From: Adineta vaga | Taxonomy: Eukaryota > Animalia > Rotifera | NCBI GenBank assembly: GCA_021613535.1 | Contig: CP075492.1 | Span: forward strand, 2,604,001 to 2,668,000 | DNA length: 64,000 nt | Direction of reading: 5' to 3' | Shown: positions 1-12,042 of the stretch, piece after piece | Numbering within the stretch: the first letter of the stretch is position 1 | How the letters are laid out: every line of letters starts with the position of its first letter | Program-made: the position numbers and the translations under genes | Notes under the pieces: model-generated | The model's input: the letters and a program-made list of their open reading frames with translations, nothing else | The model's database searches: none | What the model was told of the DNA's origin: nothing

Positions 1-1
1 C

Positions 2-354
2 TTGTGTAACATTCTTTTATGCATGTTAAATGAGAACATGGGTAAGAAGAAAAAAACAAGATGGTTCTTTTCTTATCATAATCATGATATGTAGGTAAAT
101 CTATGAGAAAAAAACGTATTTGTCGCTCTCTCTCTCTCTCTCTCTCTCTGTTGAATCGTTAGAAAAACAGTTTGAATATAGATATCTATCTTGCTTGATC
201 ATACATACCTCAAGCGATTGCAGAACGTTGTATTAATTCTGGTTCTATTGGTGTGGGGGCTGGTGCTAGATGCTGTCTTCCCTCTCGTTGTGTTTACGAT
301 TATGCAAATCAGATTGGTCCAGATGGCTTTAAGAATATGGGTCGTTGTGGCTAA
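2..354 (+). CDS. Small secreted knottin (ICK)-like Cys-rich peptide, 5'-partial, 2 exons (<2-41, 224-354)
   Basis: Open frame LCNILLCMLNENM, GTAAG donor at 42, TTGCAG acceptor at 223, then ERCINSGSIGVGAGARCCLPSRCVYDYANQIGPDGFKNMGRCG*. Not in the ORF track. Confidence 0.5.
125..149. repeat. (CT)n microsatellite inside the intron
   Basis: Direct reading of ctctctct run. Confidence 0.95.
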
Positions 355-1015
355 TTCACGTAAGGTTTAGTGATGAAAACGTCTTAGATGTTCCTTGTTT
401 TCGTTATAGGAAATATGCCGTATATATCTTCCAAAAAGCAGCCTTATCAACGATCACTATCATCGAATATTATAACTTAGGTGGTTGCTTCATTAATTCT
501 TCTGGAATATTTATTCGTCGTTCTTTTGAAAATTTTTCCAGGTTCACTTCTAATACGTATATATATATACACGCAGAAAACGATTTTAACGAAAAAGGTA
601 TTATAGTTGTGCTAATGATGTGCATATGAGTGAAATAAAACATTTCACCCAACCACACTCACACTCATCAATAGAATCAGATCTATGTAGCAGATTATGG
701 AAATGATCGAATCGTTCGATTCGATAAAATTTATTAAAATGAACATTTTTGGTAACACGGAGATGAGAGTGTGAGTGAAATTGCTACGTTTCTTTTCCTA
801 TAAATGTGCTTTATGATTTTGTCTTAAAAATAATGTATTATTTCCGAGATATCCACTTGGAAAAAAGAACCATGGGCGTATCATGTTTAACTATGTAAAT
901 ACCTATCTATAAGGTAGCGAAATGCGTAGGAAACAATAGCAGTCTATTGACACATTGATTGCTCCTATTTAAAGTTCAGTAATCATTCATTGTGAATAAA
1001 ATTTAAAAAAAAACA

Positions 1016-1911
1016 ATGTACTTTCTTTTCTCTGGCCTGTTTCTTCCCATTATTAATGGTCTTGTCGCTGTCAAAATCATTCGAAACTCATTATATCATC
1101 CAAATTCTCCTTGCGCTTTTATTCGCAATGCTACTTTTGCTAATAATCCATCAATTCAATCATGCATTTGGGAATGTGTGTATGAATATGATTGTCAAAC
1201 CGCAATCTTTTTCTATGATACGAAAAATTGTTCGATGTTTTCTCAATTGTACGAAGAAGGTCGTATTGAATCGTCTGTAAATGTTCAAGCAAGTATTGTT
1301 TGTTATCGGAAAAATCATTGTAAGTTTGGAATGTTCGTATAATTCAATTTAAGACGAGTAAATTTTTGTTAGATCCAAGTAGTACATGTTTGTCTGTTGC
1401 AGAATCAACTCAAGAAAGAACAACAATAATGAAAGGCATAGTTACTACTACACCAAGTATGTAATTTAGAAATATTACACGTCTGTAATATTTCTACGAG
1501 TGACAAGTTTAGGAGCTGATTTGTTCATTCATAACATAAACTCATATTTTTCGTTTCTTTTCTCGCCTAGCTGTCATCTCAGCATCAACGCCTGTCATGA
1601 GCACATTTTCTTCAAATACAGAATATCAGATGATGAATAACATTTCAGAAAGCACTCCCATAACAATTAAATGCGTTTCACCAACAACTAATATCACTAT
1701 TGTGAATGCTTTCTATGGCGTTCATGATTTTGCAAATTGTGCTTGTGCAGCAACTAATTGTACGATAATGAATGTAACTCAAAAACTCTTTTCATATTGT
1801 GCTAACAATGGTAATGCTTCAACGTGTGCATTTAATGTTTCTAATATACTGTTTAATGATACTTGTTATATGGGTCGAAAAACGTTTTCGTTAACATTTC
1901 TTTGTAAGTGA
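1016..1911 (+). CDS. Secreted PAN/Apple domain + Ser/Thr linker + SUEL-type (galactose/rhamnose-binding) lectin domain; exons 1016-1319, 1373-1456, 1571-1911
   Basis: Signal peptide; SIQSCIWECVYEYDCQTAIF...NCSMF Apple pattern; ITIKC...ITIVNAFYG...C...CAFNVSNILFNDTC...FLC SUEL pattern; GT-AG introns join all three exons in phase. Confidence 0.7.
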
Positions 1912-2469
1912 CTAGAGAATTTCATATTTGTCGGATGCTAATAAATATTTCTGTATAAACCTATACAAATGGACTATACGAATTGCTCTATCGTTCACTA
2001 CAAGGGAAAAGATTAGAAGGACACAAACACCCTTTTTTGTGGCGAAGATATCGCGTACAATTAGTAATTCAATAACGAAAATATCGAACAATGGTATTTC
2101 ACTTGTTTATCTTTTATTTTATTTTTCAATCATTTTATGTTGCCATTTTGTCTGTATTTTATCATTATGACGTATTAGTCCTCAAGTATCGCATATGAAG
2201 ACTATTATGAACAGACAGAAACTGAAATCTTTATATATATATATAGTTGATTGTTTTCATCACTTAATTATTCATCCTTTCGAGACGAAGTTTCTTCTTG
2301 AGAAAATTAAGTTTCTGTTCTTTACAATCATTTATCACAAGTCTTTTCGAGTGTGATAAAGTGAGAAAAAGTCAATTACATCAAATTCAACATCATATTT
2401 TCTGTATTCGAAGTGATCATTGATTCATTCTTGTCTTCGACCTGAATATTTAATTTACAGAAATATTTT

Positions 2470-3390
2470 ATGTACCTAGAAGTTATTTCATTAAATAAGT
2501 TTCAAACTTTTAATCTACTTATAATTTTCTTGAAACATAATTCTTTTATTCATTTTCTGTTACAATCATGTCAAATTTTCTTTGGTACAATTGGAAATAT
2601 TTTCAATATAATCATTTTTACTCGTCGCGAATTACGAAATAATCCATGTTCATTATATTTTCTAGTTGGTTCGATCAATAATTGTTTCATACTTGATTAT
2701 AGCTTGCTAAAAAATTATCTTTTAATTAATTGGAATTTAGATCCAGCAAATAACAATAATATTTATTGTAAAGTACGATATTTTTTTACTTTTTCATCTT
2801 TAAATCTTGCTTTATGGTTTATTGTTTTTGCAACTATTGATCGTTATCTTTCAAGTTCACCTATTGTTCGATTTCGCCAATGAAGTAATTTATTCATCTC
2901 ACGAAAGATTATTTCAATAACAATTATATTAGTCTATCTAAGTTATATACATGTATTTATTTAAATTTTTTTGCTACAATTACGTTTTGTATTCTACCAA
3001 TTCTGTTAATGAGTATTTTTAGTATTTTAACCGTTATTCATGTTCGAAATACTCGTCGAGGAATACGTTTACGTTCAAATGATCGTCAATTATCGATAAT
3101 GTTGTTATTTCAAGTATTTGTAACAACTTTAATATCTATACCTTACTTCACTCTTGCTTTATTTTTTGCAATTGGACTTCGTCTATTACAACATAAACTA
3201 TTATCAACTGAACAAGCTATTTATGATTTTTGTGAAAATATTTTGGATTACTTTATTATACAAATCCGGTTTTAACTTTTTATATTTATACAATAACAGG
3301 TTCAAAATTTCGTCGAGAATTTTTACATTGTTTTCAATATGGTTTGAAAAGATGTGTACCGTTAAGAATTCAATACATATTAAATTTTGA
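2470..3390 (+). pseudogene. Rhodopsin-like (class A) GPCR, disrupted
   Basis: GTIGNIFNIIIF, LRNNPCSLYFL, ATIDRY motifs; in-frame TGA at 2881 (RQ*SN), apparent internal deletion around TM4-5, frameshift near 3250. Confidence 0.75.
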
Positions 3391-3640
3391 TGAAAATCAA
3401 AATACACACCCAAATAATATACTTTTGGCAAGAACAAACAATGTTATTGTTCATATTGAATAGAAAAAATAAATAAATAAACATTTTTTGTTAGATTGAC
3501 TGATTTGATGTTACTATAGTTAGTTTATTTCTTTCGTTAATAAACACAAAATAACCCGTGTCCTTGTAGAATTAGAGGAGTGAGTGCTGATGTGGACAAG
3601 GCGATGCGACTTCACATCCATATCCACCCACACCCACAAG

Positions 3641-4045
3641 TTATCCAGTTTTACAACCATGTTTTTTCTGTGCACTATTATATGCGAAACTGCCGATTGC
3701 ATTAACTACTTGGTAGAGATTTCGTCCATCTAATTTGCAAGCTGATTGACGGAATTGTTCCCACCATTCGAACCAACCTTTTAATCGTCCACAAACACTA
3801 TTTAAACACACACGAAAATCATTATCACATGAAGCTTGTGTTCTTCCACAGGTATCGTAACAGCGATCATGAGCATTACAACATGAGATGAGTACACCTT
3901 CACCGACTAGTTGTAAGCTTGCATCAATATTGAAATAACCAGGTCCACATCCATTGACTTGACGTCGTTGAAGACGAGAGCGAGTACCATGGACAGTATA
4001 GACAAGTCCAAAGAGAAGAAAACAGATGTAGCTTAGTCGAATCAT
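3641..4045 (-). CDS. Secreted phospholipase A2, group XII-like
   Basis: Signal peptide from ATG 4045 (track start is TTG); NGCG Ca-loop; CCNAHDRCYDTCG catalytic His-Asp motif; CDNDFRVCL. Confidence 0.85.
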   Translation of the reverse strand: MIRLSYICFLLFGLVYTVHGTRSRLQRRQVNGCGPGYFNIDASLQLVGEGVLISCCNAHDRCYDTCGRTQASCDNDFRVCLNSVCGRLKGWFEWWEQFRQSACKLDGRNLYQVVNAIGSFAYNSAQKKHGCKTG

Positions 4046-5232
4046 ATTAATGTATGTTTTCAAATACAGTTATGTAGAATGACAATTAAATCATATTCAG
4101 TGTTTTTATATAGGATTGAAAGGAAGTAAATAATGAAATAATAGAGTGTAATAGAAAAGATTAACATAGACAAAGGTAAAAATAAATATGCACAATAGTT
4201 TTTCTTTTTCACAACCCTGTCCATCTGCGCGAGAAAGGCTAAGGGGTAGACCTGAGAAACCTGATATAGCAAGTGGATAAAAAATCGAAATTGTTTGTTA
4301 AATTGATTTTCAATAATACTCTTTAAATATATCACATACATTTACTTTTTTATTCACAACACGATTCTTAAATATTTATATAAGTGATAGAAAAGTAATA
4401 GGAAGAGCAATATCGTTGTTTTTCTCAAATTTTTCTTCATTTCCCATGGTCAATTGAACTTTTTATTTGACAAATATAAGATGTTCTTGAACTCATCGAT
4501 GTATATATTTCATTGGCACAAAATCTGCATAATTCTCTTCATAAATAATGAGTCATCAGTCTCGTATGAATATAAACCAATTTTGCTACCGCGATTAAGA
4601 TATTGTTAGCGTCATAGAAGAGACATGTCACTAATACAGAATTACTATTGAAGGTATGAGAATATTGATGGGTGCCAGTTAGTGTCTCTATCCACCCACA
4701 CCCTGATAAACAACTTTAGTGTTTTTTATTTATACATATCAGACTCACCGACAAGAAATCTTTTGTTTTAACAGTTGAATATAACAACAGAACGACCGTT
4801 ATGAACTATGAATAAATATCTCTTTTCGTCTGATATACATATATGCTTAATACAATAGCTAAAATACTGTATCAATGCAAAGGAAAACAAACTAATTTCA
4901 AATCACGAAAACATTTGAATTCACAGAAATCATGAAATCATAGAAATGAATTTGTTTTCCTTTTGCATGTATGTATATATGTATGTATGTATGCATGTTT
5001 CCATCAAAAAGAAAAATATATCATAACATAGTGCGAGTAATCAATGTATGTAATTGCATATTATATAATGTACATCATATATTCATTTCCTTATTTTGAT
5101 ATTGGAAAAATCAAATAAAAAAGGTAAATGTGACTACTATATATTCTCATCACACCACAAACTCAAAGGACAATATAAAGAAATAGATAGTTTCTTATTT
5201 TCGTACTCAATCTTGAAAATACGAAAAGAATT

Positions 5233-6159
5233 ATGTGGACAACTTATATGACGTATACAAATGAATATTTGGCCACTGTACTAGATGAACCTCGAGATTT
5301 CCAGCAACTTTATTCGTTTCCAAATACACCCCTATTATCCAGAGTTGATTTACGTCCATTTATGACACCGGTTGTATATCAACACGACATGAACACTTGG
5401 TAAGTGTTTATTTGTTCACCTCCAATGAATCAATCTTGTTTTTCAGTTGTGCAAATGCATTTGCAGGTATCTATGAATATATAATCAAACGTACGACGAA
5501 TTATCATGTTGATGTATCTCGTTTATTTATTAATTATAATGGTCAAATACGATCACAATATGGATATAAAATGAAAGATTTAGGTGTTAGTCAAAGAGAT
5601 ATTGCATTAGGTATTCGAGATCATGGAGTTGTTGAAGAATACCGTTGGCCATATAGTATGCAATTCTTAAATCGTCAACCACCTCATGATGCATATGAAG
5701 AAGCAATGAATAATACAGTTATTTTACTTCGTGTTCCAATTGATATTTTTGCTATTGAAAAATGTTTAAATCATGGTACAGTAGTGCCTATTGATATTGT
5801 ACTTGATAATGATACTGCAACTAATATTCAAATGAATAATGGATTTTTAGTAGAACATCTTCTTGATGATGGATATATTGATAAAAATGCTTTTCATACT
5901 GTTGTTATCGTCGGTTATGATCGACCGGCTCAACATTTCATCGTGCGAAATTCTTGGGGAGAAAATTGGGTAAGTGAAATTGTATAGTATGGCTTTATCT
6001 AGGAACTGGTATTTTTAGGGTGATAGAGGTTATTTCTATATGCCATATAATTTTATATATAATCATCATCGTGTTAATTATGAAGATTATTTATGGACTA
6101 TTCTTCAAATAATACCACGATCAAAAAACTTACCTAGCGTACTTCAATTAGTTGTATAG
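5233..6159 (+). CDS. Papain-family (C1A) cysteine protease, xylellain/bacterial-like; exons 5233-5399, 5447-5969, 6019-6159 (start uncertain)
   Basis: VDLRPFMTPVVYQHDMNTC|CANAFAG (catalytic Cys), SRLFINYN, FHTVVIVGYD (His), VRNSWG (Asn), W|GDRGYFYMPY; introns in phase. Confidence 0.85.
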
Positions 6160-6353
6160 TAATACCGATATTAGAATTTTGCTAATAAATAAAAAGTAGA
6201 ATGAATCATATCTCGTCATTTTGAATTGGTCTGACATGATTCATTTCTCGGAGGGCAAATGTCGGCGCTCGTTGTTTTTTTTCTCTTCGTTCTGCATCAA
6301 ATTCTATATAAAAGCCGTGATATTCCACGTTTTTATTACTATTCATACAAAAA

Positions 6354-7142
6354 ATGGCGATTGATCTAAAAGATTTCTTAGGAGAATATTTACTCGAAGT
6401 TAATTCCGATAATGGACATGATGAATCTTATCGTCGAATACCAACGAATGATTTAAATAACAAAGTAGTTGCAATTTATTTTTCGTAAGTATAATCATCA
6501 ACTTTGATTTTATGTTTACGAATATCAATTTTTCAAGGGCTCATTGGTGTGGACCTTGTCAAAATTTAACTCCAATTTTGATAAAACATTATAAAGAAAT
6601 TCAATCTGAATTACATGATCGATTTGATATAGTTTTTCTTTCATCAGACGAAAATGAAGCAGCGTTTGATGAATATTTTCAGTCAATGCCATGGAAAGCT
6701 TTGCCATATTCAGGTAATTATCGAAACTATCAAGTGTCTTATAATCTTTTCGTATATATTTTCAGATCGAGATCGTGAGAAAAAATTGAGCGAAAAACTC
6801 AATGTGGATGGTATTCCAACTCTAGTTGTTCTATCAGCTGATGGAAAAATAATCAGTCGTGATGGTGTTGGTGATATTTACGAACAAAATACTGATGCTA
6901 TTCGATTTTGGTTACAAGGTGGATTAAAATCACCTGAAGAATATGAATGGCTTGGTATTTCTTGTCATGGATGTCAAATGAATCCACTTATAGGTCAACG
7001 ATATCATTGTTCAGTGTGTGAGAATTACAATTTATGTTCAACATGTCAACAGAATGAACATCAACATGAATTGACATTGATACCGCAAAAATTAACTACC
7101 ATAGGAAACTTAGTTTGGAAAGGAATTAAAATAGATGCCTGA
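6354..7142 (+). CDS. Nucleoredoxin/tryparedoxin-like thioredoxin with C-terminal ZZ zinc finger; exons 6354-6484, 6538-6713, 6766-7142
   Basis: KVVAIYFS|AHWCGPC, DIVFLSSD, MPWKALPY, VDGIPTLVVL; CHGC...RYHCSVCENYNLCSTC...H.H ZZ motif. Confidence 0.85.
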
Positions 7143-7880
7143 CTTTCAAATCTTGTTTTAATGTCGAATAAAATTGTTCACTAAACGTCTGGTATAACCT
7201 TTGATTTGTTCAAAATAGTAGAAGTTAGTGCGCAGCCATAAGTTCTCAAAGATTTTGATTTAATTTCTCGATCGTAATTTCAAATGATGCTGTCCCTGTG
7301 CTAGTCGTTTGGAAGTAATAGTTAGCTTTCTCGTTTTATCAGACATCGCAGAAAAAAGATACATGACGTCTCTTCTGTATCGTATTTTACACGTTACTGC
7401 TGGTTGATTTTCAAATCAATACTATTTATCACTTCTAAAAGGATTGAATGTCAACGAACATTGAAGTACATGATATAAAATGGGAAGAACTAAAGCAATT
7501 AAAAGCTTATATTTTATCTGAAAAAAAACGTCAACAAATGAAAAACAAGTGGCATTCAATTTGTGTTATTTCAAGACTTTATTTAGTGATATATGTGAGG
7601 GTGTGAATGTGTATTCCACTTACATATAGGATTGTATGAGTAATTACAAAATATTGATTCACATACCTTGATGATGTGCCTAAAGTATTAAGAAAAATAA
7701 GTTATTTTATGACAGAAGTACTTGTATTATAAAATATATCATTGCAATATCATAAGAATATGACAAATTTATAACAAAGAGATAACATATCATTCACCTT
7801 TTAAATATAAAAACGTACTGAAGCCTGCGACTTCTATTTATCTATAAATTTCAGTTTCTTTTCTTTAACATTATTATCAT

Positions 7881-9178
7881 ATGCATACTAACAAAGCATA
7901 TATCAACAAATATGATATTCGAAATATTAGATCATACCAATGTTGGCATCATCGTCTATTTAAAATTATTTGTATCACTATTATCCTAATAGTGATAATC
8001 GCTATTACATTGGGTCTTTTGTTAAAGTTTGTTATTCTTATTCCAAAGAAAGCAGAGAGTACTACTACTACAATATCATCAACATCTACAACATCATTAG
8101 TGACAACTACTATTACTCAAAAGTCCAGTAAGTAATATAATTGTGTTCCTTTATTTATTGTATTATATACTGTCTAGGATGGACGAATGGCGGTGATATG
8201 AATGTTGGACGACACGAACATACGGCATCCTATTTATCAAATGGAAAAATACTAGTGACTGGTGGAATTTATAATGCTTCTATTCCAAATGTTGCTGAAT
8301 TATATGATACATCTACTGGAATTTGGACAACGACCGGTATAATGAATGATATACGTCATGGACACATAGCGGTCATATTATCATCTGGAAAAGTATTAGT
8401 AGCTGGTGGATATAATGGAAGTGAATTTTTGAATACTGCAGAGTTATATGATCCATCAACAGGAATGTGGACAATGACTGGTAGTATGAGAGATGGAAGA
8501 AATTTTGCTGCAGGATCTATTTTACAAAATGGAAAAGTATTGATTTGTGGAGGGTTTTATCATAAGACGTATCTGGATAGTGCAGAAATATATGATCCAT
8601 CAACAGAAATTTGGACAACTACTAATAATATGAATGATGCTCGAAATAGACATACAGCATCCTTATTACAAAATGGACAAGTTTTAGTTACAGGGGGACT
8701 TGCAAATCGTGAATATTTAAACTCAGTTGAATTATACGATATAACAAAAGAAACTTGGACGCCTACTAGTTATATGCATGATATACGAGATGGACATACA
8801 GCATCTGTATTATCGAACGGAAACGTATTAGTCACTGGTGGATTTTATGGTAGTGAGGCACACGATAATACCGAATTATATGATCCGTCAACTAGTTCTT
8901 GGAAATCTACAGATAAGATGAATAATGCAAGACATAACCATCAAGCAATTGTATTGAGAAATGGAAATGTATTAGTTAGTGGAGGTTCAAACGGTAATGG
9001 AACTTTGAAAAGTGCAGAGTTATATGATCCATTAATGAAAATGTGGACAAAAATTGATGATATGAATTACAAACGAGAATTTCATGCTGCATGTTTATTA
9101 ACCGATAGCCGAGTGTTAATGATTGGTGGATTTTACGGTGTGGGTGATTTACGTAGTACTGAATTATATAATCCATAA
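7881..9178 (+). CDS. Type II membrane protein: short N-tail, TM helix, Ser/Thr stalk, 7 kelch repeats; exons 7881-8127, 8178-9178
   Basis: Hydrophobic IICITIILIVIIAITLGLLL; seven 48-aa repeats R..HTASxLxNGxVLVxGG...AELYDP...W; intron 8128-8177 in phase. Confidence 0.85.
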
Positions 9179-9458
9179 TTCTTAAAAAAAAAGTACAAAA
9201 TATTTAATGTTCACTTGCTTCTTGAGGATGTAGGCATATTTTCCTGACTCATATCTACACCCACACCAAATAACAATATCATTTTTATAATAATCTTCTG
9301 AAATATCACGTTACAGTCGATCATGTACTCAAATCAGAAAAAAAAGTACGATCAATATTAATAGAGTGACATAAGCATGTTTTTCGCACTTACAGTCATT
9401 TTCTATGACATTCTATTCATATCTACATAGGTCTATAGATCATGAATGAATAAAAAAA

Positions 9459-11675
9459 TTATTTCTGAAATAAAAAGTAGAGCAAGAAGGAAAATAGTAT
9501 GATCGATCTATAATTGAATTGAATATAGCTTCCACAAGAATGAATTGATGAAATTCGATCTTCAGCAATCTATAAGTAGAAGAAGAAAAATTTATTTAAC
9601 AACGTATAAAATACAGTTTCATCACTAACATGAAGAACAACAGCCATTCCTCGATCGAGATGTGGTTCTGTATGACAATGAAAGAGCCAAACACCAGGAT
9701 TTTGTGCTCGAAAGCGGATTCGCATATATCTAAAATTTAGCTCTCTATTTGTTGTTTATTGTTCCACAGTGTAATAAATCTTACCCTCCTTTTGGTAGTT
9801 GTACTGTGTCCTTAACTAATCGCATATTATTTGTTGCACACGTTTTATTACCTGATTGACATGTGCATACGGCATGTTCATCACATGCGGTATTAAGATT
9901 ATTTGTTACGAATTTTCCTGTTGTCTTGTCCAACACAGCAAGACCCTGCTCAACAATATGAAAATAAAAACCATGTAAATGAAGAGGATGTTGATCATCA
10001 TCGTGATTGACAATAAGCAATTCAATAACATCGTTATATTGAGCTACAATAGCACGATAACATTTCTCGCCATCATTTTCAGTTAATGGTCGACCGGAAC
10101 ATGGAAGAAGTTCTCTTGCTCGTCTAGGATTGAACAGAATAGGTTCTGTCAATGAAGGATATTTCATACCAATATAATTAAATGATTCAAAACCGGTTCG
10201 ATTATCGTTTCCTTTGACCATCGTCAATGAAAGTGTATGTTTGACATTAATTTGAATTGTTTCACTAAGCAGTTCTTGATCGAGATGATCGTCATGTGTA
10301 CTGATATTCAATGGTGTTAGACAGATAAAAGCATTTATTCCATCATCACTATTACTTGGGCCATATTGACTAAATGGGCAATTCAAAATTCGACATGGCT
10401 GTGATACACTACATGTTCGTGGAACGGTTGTCGGTTTCGTTTTAGTTTCTGCATATTGTAAGATAGCATAACTGCGCCATCTACTATTATTGTTATTATC
10501 CATAGTATCAACTCGGACCCAGTAATTGATGGTAGTATCGATTCCAGTAAAATTATCTATGATAATGTCGTATCTTTCACCAACGCCAATAATCAGTTGG
10601 TCAACAATCATCGGTTGAGCAAATGGTATACCATCGGAACTAATTACCTTCAAGAGATGTTTGTCAATGGAGAATTTCAACGAGAATACACTACCACCAT
10701 TGATCAAGCGAAGACGGTAGACTCTATTATTCTGTTCGGATGAGATTTCTAAGTATTCAAAAGGTGTCGTACTTGAACCAATCGTTCCATTTCGTGTGTC
10801 AATATATTGACCACGACCATTGATTAAAATCGAAGTAACGAGCGCTTCAGCAGCTCTTGATCCATCTATTGATTCAAAATAATCAATGGTACCAGATTCT
10901 GTCAATTTTTCCAGATCATTCGGATAAAATTGACCACTTTCAATCAGTAAATATTGTTGTTCACTAGTATAAAAATGTTGCCAATCACTAAGAAGAAGAA
11001 CAAATTCACCATATTCCATCGTGTTAGATTTCTCTTTTGGATGTACGACGAATCCACCCATGAGACCCATTGCTGTTTGTAAATGTACATGTGAATGATA
11101 CCAGAAAGTACCTTGATCGACGGCAACAAATTCATGTAGAAAACTAGAACCGGGTAATATTGAAATTTGTGTTAGTCTTCCAATTCCATCACTACCAGGT
11201 GTATTCACTTGTCGAATGCCATGAAAATGCACACTCAATGTTTCTGTCATCATATTATTAAAGATGCGTACATGTACAGTTTGATTTTGATAAACATGTA
11301 AAACAGGTCCTGGTAATGAATTATTAAAAACGTATACCTATGCAAATGAATAGAAAGTCATATCGTTTTGTCCATTTTAGACAAAAATCCTACTAATTTT
11401 GGATAACCATCAGCCGTAATAATATCGGTCATTGAAAATGTTTGATTTGGATTAGTATAATGATGCAATATACCATCATCGTTAGCAACAACACGAAAAA
11501 AATGTTTATAGAACATAGTCATTGTTGCAGTTGCATGTAATTCAAAAGAACATACGGACATTGAACTTGTGCAAAGATTATTATCTTCATATGGTTTGTA
11601 TATTTCTAGAGTCTGAACATATTGTTGAGAAAGAAGTAATATACTCGTAAGAATTAAAAATAACCAACCCATCAT
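9459..11675 (-). CDS. Multicopper oxidase (laccase-like), secreted with hydrophobic C-tail; exons 11675-11394, 11337-9785, 9729-9630, 9569-9459
   Basis: All four Cu motifs: [30 protein letters not shown]; signal peptide; C-terminus [15 protein letters not shown]. Confidence 0.9.
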
Positions 11676-12042
11676 GTAAAAAAATTTATTGGTATTTTGA
11701 TAAACAACGGAAGAAACAGAACTCCGAAATACTTATATGCACACTTATATATACATGTAGTGAGTTTCGACGCATTTATATGATAATCTCAGAAGCAAAT
11801 ATTTGAAGATACTAAAATTACATAGAAACGAAGAGAAAAAGAATGCGTCATATAGTTACCCTACAAAAGTAATCTTATATTCAACTTTAAATGCGTGATA
11901 TTTATCACATTCGAAGCGATTCAATTTTTGCGTAGAAATTGATCGAGATATTTGTTCCCACATAAAGAAATTTTGAGGATGTGAGTTTAAAAGAATAAGA
12001 AGAGATACCCCTCACTGACAAACGAGAATTTATTTCGCAACT

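Noticed and set aside
345-629. 94-aa ORF and other short F/I/L-rich intergenic ORFs
   Set aside because: Often non-ATG starts, composition expected from AT-rich non-coding DNA, no motifs
4965-4998. (TATG)n and (TA)n runs here and at 16139, 18028, 57790
   Set aside because: Ordinary microsatellites in AT-rich DNA
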